Shown: positions 19,001 through 28,535 of the stretch, in pieces
Position numbering within the stretch: the stretch's first letter is position 1
Layout: each line of letters begins with the position of its first letter
Notes under the pieces: generated by a model
Seen by the model: the letters and a program-made list of their open reading frames with translations, nothing else
Database searches by the model: none
Told to the model about the DNA's origin: nothing
Position numbers and translations under genes: made by a program
Assembly (NCBI GenBank): GCA_963751345.1
Contig: CAVVUS010000049.1
Span: 50,220 to 114,219 of the forward strand
Source of the DNA: an uncultured Chloroflexia bacterium
GTDB lineage: Bacteria; Chloroflexota; Anaerolineae; B4-G1; SLSP01
DNA length: 64,000 nt
Direction: 5' to 3'

Positions 19001-19897
19001 CGCAGGAACGTGCCCTCTTGGAGTTCGCGGAATGCCTGGCGGAGTTCTGCTTGGGTGTTCATCACGATAGGCCCATACCACGCCACCGGCTCTTTGAGCG
19101 GTTTCCCGGAGACCAGCAGGAAGCGGACGCCGTCGGCGCCTGCCTCGACGAGGATCTCGTCGCCGCTGCCGAATAGGACGAGCGAGGTATTGTCGGCTTC
19201 GGTCGGCGGCGTCGTGTCGGCCCAGCTCACGGGCTCGGTCGGGACCGCGAGCGGCTCCGAGGCGTCGCAGAAACGACCTGGCCCCTCCAAAGACGTAGGC
19301 AAAAGCGTTGCGCGCGGCCTCGACGGGCAGCGTCTTTTGCACCCGTGGAGGCACGGATATATCGAGATAGATGGGCGCTGCGGCGACGCCCTCGATCGGT
19401 CCGGTCGTCCCCCGATAGCCTCCGCATATCACGCGGACCTGTGTGCCGTCGTCGTCAGTCACCACCGGGACCTCGGATGCCGTCACGCCCTGGTAACGCG
19501 GATCGGTCATCTTCAGAGCAGCCGGCAGGTTGGCCCAAAGCTGAAATCCGTGCATCCTGCCCGCAGGATCACCCTTCGGCATCTCCTGGTGAATGATGCC
19601 CCCGCCCGCAGTCATCCACTGGACATCGCCCGCTCCGATCACCCCACCGTTGCCCATGCTGTCACCGTGCTCCACGGTGCCCGTGAGCACGTAGGTGATC
19701 GTCTCGATACCGCGGTGCGGATGCCAGGGAAAGCCGGCCAGGTAGTCGTCGGGAATGTCATTGCGGAAGTCGTCGAGCAGCAGGAACGGGTCAAAGTCGG
19801 TGGTATCGCCGAAGCCAAAGGCGCGCCGAAGGTGCACACCTGCACCTTCAATCGTGGGCTTTGCTTTGATCAAACGGGCGACGGGTCGGATGGACAT
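18997..19897 (-). CDS. Pirin family protein (copy 1); apparent frameshift ~19280
   Basis: EGAGV, DPFLLLD, GFPWHPHRGIET, WMTAGGGIIHQE; C-terminal EPVAWYGPIVMN in a second frame; GGAGG RBS. Confidence 0.88.
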
Positions 19898-20157
19898 TGT
19901 GACCTCCAATGCTATGAGTAACCCCACACGAGACGAGGTACCCTCCAACTTTGGAAGGGGCCATTCACTTCTACCAATATAGCACGGAAGACGCCTCCAG
20001 TGTGGCGGGGCCACGGTGGGCATTGGTTGGCGATCCGTTGAAGACCCTGGACGACGCAGATGGCTGTCTCCATGTGGTTGTATCGCGCGCCATTCCTTTG
20101 CCACCGGACTCAAGTATACTGGGGTAGTTGCGCGTCAATCGACTCCGGGAGGCATCG

Positions 20158-20811
20158 ATGGCCATACTGGGTATTAGCGCGAGCGGCCGGACATCAGGCA
20201 TCACGACCGAGATCGTGACGGCGGTTCTCGAAGCGACGGGGGAACCCTACGAGTTCGTGTCACTCGCGGGGATGCAGATCGGCGGATGTCGTGGCTGCAC
20301 GCGCTGTGGAGCAGACAATCGCTGCAAGGTTGATGACGACTGGCCTCCCATAGGCGAGAAGATGCTCGCGGCTGACGCTGTCGTCTTCGGCGCACCGAAT
20401 TACTACGGAATGATCAATGCCTTGGGACATGCTTGCTTGGAGCGCACCTTCTGCTTTCGCCACCGCGAGGTCTTCAGCCTTGCCGGAAAGCTGGGGGTTG
20501 CCGTCGGCGTGGACGGAGGCTCTCAGGACTCGGCGGTCATCACATACATCGAGCGGATGATGGCATCCAACCAAATGGCGGTGATCGGATCGGCCTATGC
20601 CGACGGATACTCGCAATGCTACACCTGTGGCTTTGGCAGTGACTGCGCGGTCGGTGGTGTGGTGGGACGCCACGGCTTCCTCGATGCCATCGAGGAGCGG
20701 CACCTGCCTCCCCGGTTGGTGCAGCAGGAGCGTGCATCGGTGCGCGCCTACAAAGTGGGGAAGACGCTGGGATCGATCTTGCGTGCGAGGGCATGCGCGA
20801 GACGTCTATAG
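20158..20811 (+). CDS. Flavodoxin-like iron-sulfur flavoprotein / NADPH-dependent FMN reductase family
   Basis: ILGISASGR, CRGCTRC..C, ADAVVFGAPNYYG; extra CYTC...C; GGAGG RBS. Confidence 0.85.
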   Translation: MAILGISASGRTSGITTEIVTAVLEATGEPYEFVSLAGMQIGGCRGCTRCGADNRCKVDDDWPPIGEKMLAADAVVFGAPNYYGMINALGHACLERTFCFRHREVFSLAGKLGVAVGVDGGSQDSAVITYIERMMASNQMAVIGSAYADGYSQCYTCGFGSDCAVGGVVGRHGFLDAIEERHLPPRLVQQERASVRAYKVGKTLGSILRARACARRL

Positions 20812-20932
20812 ATGGCTCTGCTGACGCTGTAGCCGACCGTCCAGGTCTATCTGCGTAAGGCTCCCTAGCAGTGCGTCCGAGCGTGAGACCCGATGACGCC
20901 CTTCGAGATATTGCCGCTCGCGCAGGAGGGTT

Positions 20933-22423
20933 ATGATCTCAAAGGTACAGACGCTCGTCTCTGTCATCATCCCGGCGCTCAACGAGGCGGCGAACATTGC
21001 AGCATGTGTCGAGGCCGCGCGAGATGGCTATGCCCACGGACAAGTGGAGATCATCGTGGTTGATGGAGGAAGCACCGATGGCACGCAAGCCCTGGTCCCT
21101 GCGGATGTGGTGATGGTCGAAGCGCCGCGCGGCCGAGGAGTGCAGATGAATCGAGGGGCAGCTCTGGCGCAGGGCGACGTCTTGGTCTTTTGTCACGCGG
21201 ACACCCGGCTACCTATGGGGTGGCGTGAGGCCGTGATCGACATCCTCTCCGATCGGAAGGTTAGCGGCGGTGGATTCCAGCGCATCTTCGAGCCGGCACG
21301 GGGATTCGTCCATATCATTAACCGCATCAAGATCCGAGACAACTGGCGGCTCCTTCACGGCGACCGGGCGCAGTTTATGTCGCGGAGTACCTTCGAAGCA
21401 GTCGGGGGCTTTCCGGAGATCCCACTAATGGAAGACGTAGAGATGGGACGTCTGCTCCACGAACAGGGAAAGATCCGCATCGTGCCGCTGCCGCTCCAAG
21501 TCTCTTCGTCAAGCCGACGACTATTGGAGCGCGGGCCGTTCCGTCAGTACTGCCTGACGGGGTGGTACCGGTTTAGGTATTTCCACCTTGGGGCCACGCC
21601 TGATGATATTGCCCAGGCCTACAGGTCGAGCCGAGAGGATCTGGGCACTGGTAGCGATTCCGTGTACCCTGCTGCTGCAGATAGCCGAGGCCGTGGGAAA
21701 GGACCCTGGATTGCCGTACTTCTGCTGGCCGTCAGTTTCGTCGCACCCCTAATCTGGCCGTTGATCGCAGGGCAGCACCTCGTCAATACCGAAAGGCTCC
21801 AGACATTCATCCGAAATGCAGGGCCGTGGGCGCCCTTGGTCTACGCTGTCGTCTACACCATTAGCTCTCCCATTCCCGGCATCGCCCCGTTTCTGTCCCC
21901 GATGGCGGGGCTGCTCTTTGGGTTGGGCTGGGGGCTCGCGCTCGTCCTCGCTATCGCCCCACTCTCGTCGCTGATCCCATTCTCTATTGCCCGTAAGCTT
22001 GGGCGCACTTGGGTTGCGTCCAAGGTGGAGGGTGGCAAGCTGGAAGATTTGTACGAGCAGTCGGAGACCCAGATCGGCTTCATCTTTGTGTTGCTGCTCC
22101 GGCTCATTCCGGTCTTGCCGTGGGAATTGCAGAATTACGTGGCCGGCGTGACCAAAGTGGGGGTGCCAACCTATCTTCTTGCGACGGTCTTGGGCATTCT
22201 GCCCGGGAGCACGTCCTTTGTTCTTCTGGGCGAATCCGTTGCCGAAGGCGCGCCATGGAAGTCGGCTGTGGCAATTGCTCTTGATACGGGCGTGATCATC
22301 CTGGTATCGATCATCGCTGCCGTCTTCCGACGCCGAGCAGCGAAAAGACCGCCGCGCGCGGAGATTCGGCAAGACGATGCGGGCAAGGACGACAACCAGC
22401 CTGTGTCTGACGACATCGACTGA
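20933..22423 (+). CDS. GT2 glycosyltransferase (TIGR04283-like) fused to a TVP38/DedA (VTT) membrane domain
   Basis: SVIIPALNE, VVDGGSTDGT, GRGVQMNRGA, HADT, GDRAQF, GGFPEIPLMED, SSRR; C-terminal TMs with LLRLIPVLP..NYVAG..T.LGILPG. Confidence 0.85.
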   Translation: MISKVQTLVSVIIPALNEAANIAACVEAARDGYAHGQVEIIVVDGGSTDGTQALVPADVVMVEAPRGRGVQMNRGAALAQGDVLVFCHADTRLPMGWREAVIDILSDRKVSGGGFQRIFEPARGFVHIINRIKIRDNWRLLHGDRAQFMSRSTFEAVGGFPEIPLMEDVEMGRLLHEQGKIRIVPLPLQVSSSSRRLLERGPFRQYCLTGWYRFRYFHLGATPDDIAQAYRSSREDLGTGSDSVYPAAADSRGRGKGPWIAVLLLAVSFVAPLIWPLIAGQHLVNTERLQTFIRNAGPWAPLVYAVVYTISSPIPGIAPFLSPMAGLLFGLGWGLALVLAIAPLSSLIPFSIARKLGRTWVASKVEGGKLEDLYEQSETQIGFIFVLLLRLIPVLPWELQNYVAGVTKVGVPTYLLATVLGILPGSTSFVLLGESVAEGAPWKSAVAIALDTGVIILVSIIAAVFRRRAAKRPPRAEIRQDDAGKDDNQPVSDDID

Positions 22424-22456
22424 GTACATGCGTAGGGACTGAGAGGAGTCTGGGCT

Positions 22457-23569
22457 ATGGAATGGGATGGTGGTGAGTTCGAGGCAAGCCTCAAGCGCAT
22501 CGTGGATTTCGGTCTCGATAACTGCATCGGAGCGAACGACTGTATGCGCGCCTGTCCCGTTAACCGGCTGGATGTCAATCAGAATGAATTGGATTCTGTG
22601 CTGGTCTCCGGAGTATGGACCGAACGGGTTCAGACTTTCGTCACCGAGTGCGTGCAGTGCGGCGACTGTACGCTTGCTTGTCCGGCCGGCGTGCACCGTG
22701 ATCACATGATGCTGATGCTGAAAGCGATGTTGCCGACGATACCAAGCCAGTGGCGGAAGTACTACAATCTCAAGGGTCGCCAGGACCAGCAATTACTCAT
22801 CTCGCTGTATAACATCATCGGTCGGCTCCAGGTTGGCCCATTGGGCAAGCACGTCGACAAGGCAAAGCTCGAGCACAAACCGTTGCTGTTCTACTTCGGA
22901 TGCTATGTGTTCTCGCCCTCAAAGGCCCCGGCTGCCACTCTGCAGCTCGCCGACCGGTTGGGGTTGGACTATGAGGTGCTGGCGGGCGTGCGCTCGTGCT
23001 GTGGCTGGCCACAGTACCTGACCGGCAAGATGGGCTACGGCCAACAGATGCTGACGCATCTGGAGACGCTCATCGGCAAAGTTGACCCGGAGGTGATCGT
23101 CACCGGGTGCGCTGAGTGTTATGCGGGATTGGTCCGGCTCAAGCGGAAGATCGGTGCATCGTGGGAGCCACTTACGACGCCTGAGTGGCTGCTTCAGCAC
23201 GCTGACCGCCTCTCCTGGCAGAAGCTCGGGTATCCCGTTGCGATTCACGACTCTTGTCACATCACGAAGAAGCTCGGAAATCCTGATCCGGCCCGCCAAC
23301 TGCTGGCGCGGATGGCGGATGTTGTCGAGATCGCGGAATCGCCTGAGGAGTGCGTCTGCTGTGGTTACTACAACATTCACGCCAACCCCGAGGTGAACCA
23401 CCAACTCCACGAGGATAAGCTGGCTATCGTGGCCGAGAAGGGCGCTGCGGGAATGGCGTGTGAGTGTGTGACCTGTTGGGAGTCTTTTGCTGAGCCTTTC
23501 AAGGAAGCTGACGTCCCGTTGTGGGAGCTTATGGTAGCGGCGGAAGTGGCGACGCGGGGAGGTGCATAA
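22457..23569 (+). CDS. 4Fe-4S dicluster + two CCG domains oxidoreductase (HdrD/GlpC-like)
   Basis: CIGANDCMRACP, CVQCGDCTLACP, FGC, SCCG, GCAEC, HDSC, CCG, ECVTC. Confidence 0.85.
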   Translation: MEWDGGEFEASLKRIVDFGLDNCIGANDCMRACPVNRLDVNQNELDSVLVSGVWTERVQTFVTECVQCGDCTLACPAGVHRDHMMLMLKAMLPTIPSQWRKYYNLKGRQDQQLLISLYNIIGRLQVGPLGKHVDKAKLEHKPLLFYFGCYVFSPSKAPAATLQLADRLGLDYEVLAGVRSCCGWPQYLTGKMGYGQQMLTHLETLIGKVDPEVIVTGCAECYAGLVRLKRKIGASWEPLTTPEWLLQHADRLSWQKLGYPVAIHDSCHITKKLGNPDPARQLLARMADVVEIAESPEECVCCGYYNIHANPEVNHQLHEDKLAIVAEKGAAGMACECVTCWESFAEPFKEADVPLWELMVAAEVATRGGA

Positions 23570-24781
23570 TGGGCGCGACGCGCCATCTCATCGTCGGAAA
23601 TGGGGTAGCAGGGACCACGGCGGCCCAGGAAATCCGTCGCAGAGATGCGGCAGGCCGGATCACGGTCATCGCGGACGAAGGCGAGCCGTACTATTATCGA
23701 GCGTCGTTGTCCGAGTGGATTGCCGAGGATAATACGACCGAGATGATGTATGCTAGGACGTCTGCGTTCTATGATGCCATGCGTATCGAGAGCATCACGG
23801 GTTCGGTCGTTCAGGTGGATGCCGAGAGCAAGCAAGTGTTGCTGAAGGACGGCGATCGCGTCCCATACGATCGACTTCTGATCGCCACCGGTGCCAGCCC
23901 CAACGTGATCCCGATAGATGGTCTGGCCGATCCGTTGGCCTATCGCACCTGGGCCGAGCTCGCGAGATCAAGGCACGGGTGACCGCGGACACTAGGGTCC
24001 TAATCCTCGGCGGCGGCGTCCTAGGCCTCGAATTGGCGGGTGCCTTGGTGCAGATTGGGGTGAGAAACACCGCGATCGTCCAACTCATGGACTTTCTTGG
24101 GCCGCCCTTGCTGGACCGGCCGGCAGGGAAGTGGTTGGAGCGGCGAATCCGGGCTGATGGTCTGAAGTTGTTCCTGAGCGACACTGTCGACCACGTTGAG
24201 GGTCAGGTTGCCCACTTCAAGAGCGGCAAGACGTGGGCGTTTGATCTGTTCGTGCAGTCAATCGGGGTGAGGGCCCGGTTCCCTGAGGTGGCTGGGCCTT
24301 GAGGTTGGTCGCGCGATCCGCATTGACGAACACTGTGCTACGAATCTGCCCCACATCTATGCGGCGGGCGATTGCACCGAAACGTACGCAGCAGCGCAGG
24401 GCCGCTGGCAACCGACACGGATCTGGCTGGATTGGCGCGTCAGGGCAAGGTGGGTGTAGTATGACCGGCGTCGAAGCGAGCCTCGCCGAGTATCCCTTCA
24501 TGAACGCATCCATCCTCTACGACATTCATTACGCTTACATCGGCGAGCCCAACGCCGAGGGCGGCGTGGTCCACCTTCTGGAGACTGACCGGACGTACCG
24601 CAAAGTGCGGGTCGTCGATGGGAAGTTGGCAGGAGCGCTTCTGATGGGCAACCGGCGTGGCATGATGCCGATGTATAGGTCGATCGGCTTACCCGTGGCC
24701 GAGTACGGTGACGCTATGGTCGGACCTGACTTTCCGTGGAACGATCTTACGGGGCAAGACTGGGACTATCTCTTCTACTAG
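23569..24781 (+). CDS. FAD-dependent NAD(P)H oxidoreductase (rubredoxin/nitrite reductase-like); about 3 apparent frameshifts
   Basis: IVGNGVAG, YDRLLIATGA, ILGGGVLGLE, IYAAGDC (intermediate frame), GKLAGALL; TAATG overlap with upstream gene. Confidence 0.82.
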
Positions 24782-24888
24782 ATCAGGAAGCACACGGTTC
24801 ATCAGGCTGAAGCCCGGCACGAAGCCGGCCTGGGGAGCCCCTGGATGGGTCTACGCGCTCGTCCGCCATCCCTGCTCTGACCAACTAC

Positions 24889-24912
24889 AAAGCCCGGCTT
24901 CGTGCCGGGCTT
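24889..24912 (-). terminator. Hairpin downstream of tRNA-Glu (likely intrinsic terminator)
   Basis: AAGCCCGGC-N5-GCCGGGCTT stem followed by T on the minus strand. Confidence 0.6.
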
Positions 24913-24920
24913 CTCATAGG

Positions 24921-24995
24921 TGCCCCCAACGGGATTTGAACCCATGTACCAGGCTTGAAAGGCCTGTGTCCTAGACCAGACTAGACGATGGGGGC
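24921..24995 (-). tRNA. tRNA-Glu (anticodon TTC); CCA not encoded
   Basis: Minus strand GCCCCCATCGTCTAGTCTGGTCTAGGACACAGGC-CTTTCAA-GCCTGGTACATGGGTTCAAATCCCGTTGGGGGCA folds into a cloverleaf. Confidence 0.95.
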
Positions 24996-25008
24996 ATCAA
25001 TGCGGGCT

Positions 25009-25036
25009 ATCGTACCATAAAGGCCTGACGTGTCAA
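25009..25036 (-). promoter_or_regulatory. Sigma70-type promoter for tRNA-Glu
   Basis: TTGACA-16 nt-TACGAT with TG extension on the minus strand. Confidence 0.65.
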
Positions 25037-25123
25037 GCAGCGTTGACGCCCAGGGCTATCGCGGTCGGCCGTTCTGCACGCATGACCCTGGCAAGGTTAG
25101 ATTGTCCTGACTTTCGCTGTGGT

Positions 25124-25152
25124 TTGACACGCCTGTCCCGTTGTGCTACCAT
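25124..25152 (+). promoter_or_regulatory. Sigma70-type promoter for rnj
   Basis: TTGACA-17 nt-TACCAT with TG extension. Confidence 0.65.
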
Positions 25153-25350
25153 GCCTCGTATTGTCAATCGGCACGCGGTCGCGACCGCGCTCAAGGGTAT
25201 GCTGCCGATCCTCGCTGGTCTGGTAGGGGTTTCCCCAGGCCGGCGCCGTTTTCGCTGATTTCGCCTCGGCTCCGGTTCTCGTGGTTTTTATAGCGTAGGA
25301 ATCTCCGGAAGCTAGGTTTGTGTCAAGCAGTCATCAAAGGTGGGGTTTAT

Positions 25351-27004
25351 ATGGAGCGTTTACAGATCGTTCCCCTGGGAGGCCTGGGGGAAGTAGGAAA
25401 GAACATGATGGCCCTGGAATACGGGCGCAACATCCTCGTCATTGACGTAGGTATGATGTTCCCGGAGAGCGATATGCCCGGCGTGGACTACATCATCCCC
25501 GACTATCGCTATCTCAAGGGCAAAGAAGACCGCATCCGCGGTATTGTCATCACCCACGGACACGAGGACCACATCGGGGCGCTGCCCTCACTTTCTTCAG
25601 GAGTTCGACGCACCCGTCTACGCTACGAAGCTGACGCGCGGCTTGATCGAGGTCAAGCTGAACCGGGAACTGCAGAAACGGGTCAAGCTTCAGACGATCC
25701 AGCCGCGCGAGGTTCTGAACCTAGGTCCCTTTCAGGTGGAGCCCTACCATGTCTGTCACAGTATTCCCGATACCGTGGGACTGGGCATCACGACGCCGTT
25801 GGGCCTGATCGTCCACAGCGGTGATTTCAAGTTCGACCATACACCGGTCGACGGCTGGCCGACCGATATCGCGAAGCTGGCAGAGTTCAGCCAGCGCGGG
25901 GTATTGGCGCTGCTTGCCGACAGCACGAACGCCGATCAGCCCGGGCGGACGCTGTCAGAGCAGTCTTTGAACGCGACGTTGGCGGACGTTTTCCGTCCCG
26001 CAAAAGGGCGCGTGCTCGTTGCGACGTTCGCATCGCTGATCTCGCGTATCCAACAGGTGATGCAGGTCGCAGAGAGCTTCGGCCGCAAGGTGGCCATCGC
26101 CGGAACGAGTATGGTCAAGAACGTGCGCATGGCCCGGAGGTTGGGCTATCTCGACGTTCCCGACGACCTGATCCTGAGCCTGCAGGAGGCGAACCAGTTG
26201 CCCCCGCACCAGGTCGCGATCATCGCTACGGGCGCGCAGGGCGAGCCACGGTCGATCATGGGCAAGCTGGCGACCGGCCGCCACTCCTCACTTCGCATCA
26301 TCCCCGGCGATACGGTGGTGCTGAGCTCGCATACGATTCCGGGCAACGAGGAGACGGTTCATCGCGTCATCAACCGACTTTTCCAGAAGGGCGCCCACGT
26401 CGTCTATCATCCGGTGGCTCCCGTGCACGTCTCCGGCCACGCTAGCCAGGAGGAGCAGAAGTTCCTCATCAGCATTCTGCGTCCCAAGTTCTTCGTTCCC
26501 ATTCACGGCGAACTCCGGCATCTCAAGCTCCATGGCGAGCTTGCCCGGCAGGTGGGGGTACCGGCGGAGAACATCGCCGTCGTCGAGAACGGCTATGTGC
26601 TTCGCTTCTCTGAGGACGCCGTGGAGGTAGGGGAGCGGATTCCTGGCGGGTACGTCTTCGTGGACGGCAATTGGGTCGGGGATGCGATGAGCCAGGATCT
26701 CATCAGGCAACGGGACGGCCTTGGCGAGACGGGAGTTTGTGCTGTGTCCATTGTGTATGACGAGGTCACCGGGAAGATCGTGGGACAACCCCGGATCACG
26801 GATCGGGCGATCGCATCGCCCGAGACGATGGCCGAGCTGTTGCCCGAGGCGATGGATATCATCAGAGGTGTGATGAAGGGCATCAGTCCCAACACGTCGC
26901 CCGCCGCCGTACAGCGCGCGGTGGAGAGGACGTTGTCGGATTTCTTCTACCGTCAGGCCCGCAACCGCCCGGAGCTCATCGTGCAGCTCATGCCTGCGGC
27001 CTGG
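25351..27004 (+). CDS. rnj: Ribonuclease J; apparent frameshift ~25585; 3' end approximate because no stop codon lies at the expected position
   Basis: PLGGLGEVGKNM, THGHEDHIG, HSIPD, HSGDFKFD, DSTNA, HVSGHAS, PIHGE. Confidence 0.9.
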
Positions 27005-27145
27005 GCCGCAGGTTGCCCGCGGCCTGAGCCGCAGGTGAGTCCGCGTCCACGGGCGCCCGTGAACCGCAGGATGCGCCGTGGTTTGCGCAGCGGCTGCGGC
27101 AGCCGCATCCGCTGCGTACGCGCGAGATCGGCACATTCGATACGT

Positions 27146-28391
27146 ATGGCGCACATTCTCATCGCCTACAAACAGTTCCCCGCCCCCTCGGTCGGTCATG
27201 CCGGAGGGGAGTCGCTCTACCGGCTGATGGAGGCACTGCACCGCCGCGGGCACCGCCTCACACTTGTCGCCCGCATTGCCGATGACGAGCGCAAGCATCT
27301 CCCCGTCGTTGAGGCAATCTGCGATACGGTCTACACGGTCGTACATCACCGGAGCCGCCGAGGCCCGCGCCTGATAGCCTTTCTGCGCAGCTACCTGGAC
27401 CTGCGGTCCATGATGAGGAGTGCAATCCGCTCCGAACGTCCAGATTTCGTCCATGTCGAGACAACGCAGACCGCCGTTACCGCGCTTGGCCTCAGGCGTC
27501 CCCCCGCGAGCTATCGGACTCAGGACATCAATTGGTTCCTGCTCGACCAGCGCCTTCGGAGGACCACCGGAATACGCAGGATCACGCTGTCCGCGTTACG
27601 CGGGCTGCTGAGACGGCTGGAGCCCTGGGTGTGCCGGCGATACGACCTGATGTTGGCCATCTCCGAGGGCGATCGCCGCCTGCTCGCCCTGGAGTGTGAT
27701 CCTGAGCGCCTGCTGATGGTGCCGCTCACGCCTGCAGTGGTGACCCGCAGATGCATCCGCCGGCGGTTAGGTGCCTGCAGGTGAACCTGAGGCTGGGGAA
27801 ATCGGGGACGGGAAGTCAGCCGTGCCGGGTGCGGCTAACCTGCTCTTTGTGGGGGCTATGTCCCGCGACCACAACCGGGACGGGATTGCGTGGTTCCTGG
27901 ACAACGTGTGGGACCAGGTGCTCCGACAGCAGCCCGAGGCTCGCCTCTACATTGTGGGCGGCGATCCCCCGGAGGCGCTGCGGGCGCGGTCGGATGGCAC
28001 CCATGTCTTTGTCACCGGCTTCGTCGACGATCTCGCTGTGTGGTACCGTTCGGCCACCGTCTTCGTGTCGCCGCTGTTGGTGGCGGGCGGGCTTCTTCAA
28101 AAGGTGGTTGACGCCATGGCGATGGGGGTTCCCGTGGTCGCGACGAGCGTATGCAACCACGGCGTCGGTGGCGTGCCGGGCGAGCATCTGCTCACGGCCG
28201 ATGAGCCGGCCGATTTTGCTGCCGCGGTCTGTGGTCTCCTGCGAGATCCCGACGCCCGCTCGCATATTGGCCACGCGGGCCAGGAGTTCGTGAAAACCCA
28301 CTATGACCTGGAGTCGGCTGTGGATCGCTGGGACGCCGCGATACGACGAATGGTGGGATTGGGGAATGAAGGAATAGAGAATAGGGAATGA
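27146..28391 (+). CDS. GT4 family glycosyltransferase; apparent frameshift ~27750-27770
   Basis: GH.LTLV N-domain; LLFVGAM...N.DGIAWF, VTGFVDDL, KVVDAMAMGVPVVAT. Confidence 0.85.
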
Positions 28392-28535
28392 AGATGCGGA
28401 GTGGGCTTGGGCGCCCCGAGAAGGGCCCGTGTTGCTTCTCCGCTTCTCTGATTCTTCCATTCTCGATTCTCTAATCGGTTGGCGTGGTATAATGGCGCTC
28501 TAGTTGCCGCGGACGGCATCTAGACGACAGGAGCT

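Noticed and set aside
18035-20113. 692-aa double-pirin fusion in the ORF track
   Set aside because: Artefact of a frameshift at ~19280; the first pirin's true C-terminus ends at 18997 with an ATGA overlap to the second
23940-24310. In-frame TGA codons in the FAD oxidoreductase as possible selenocysteine
   Set aside because: Homology continues in a different frame before each TGA, so these are frameshifts, and the positions are not Cys-equivalent
10200-24920. Prophage or integrative element at tRNA-Glu
   Set aside because: No integrase, transposase, phage genes or att duplication visible in the window
25153-25350. Riboswitch in the ~190-nt rnj leader (and in spacer 45019-45292)
   Set aside because: Some pairing potential, but no recognisable riboswitch or ncRNA consensus; needs a covariance-model search
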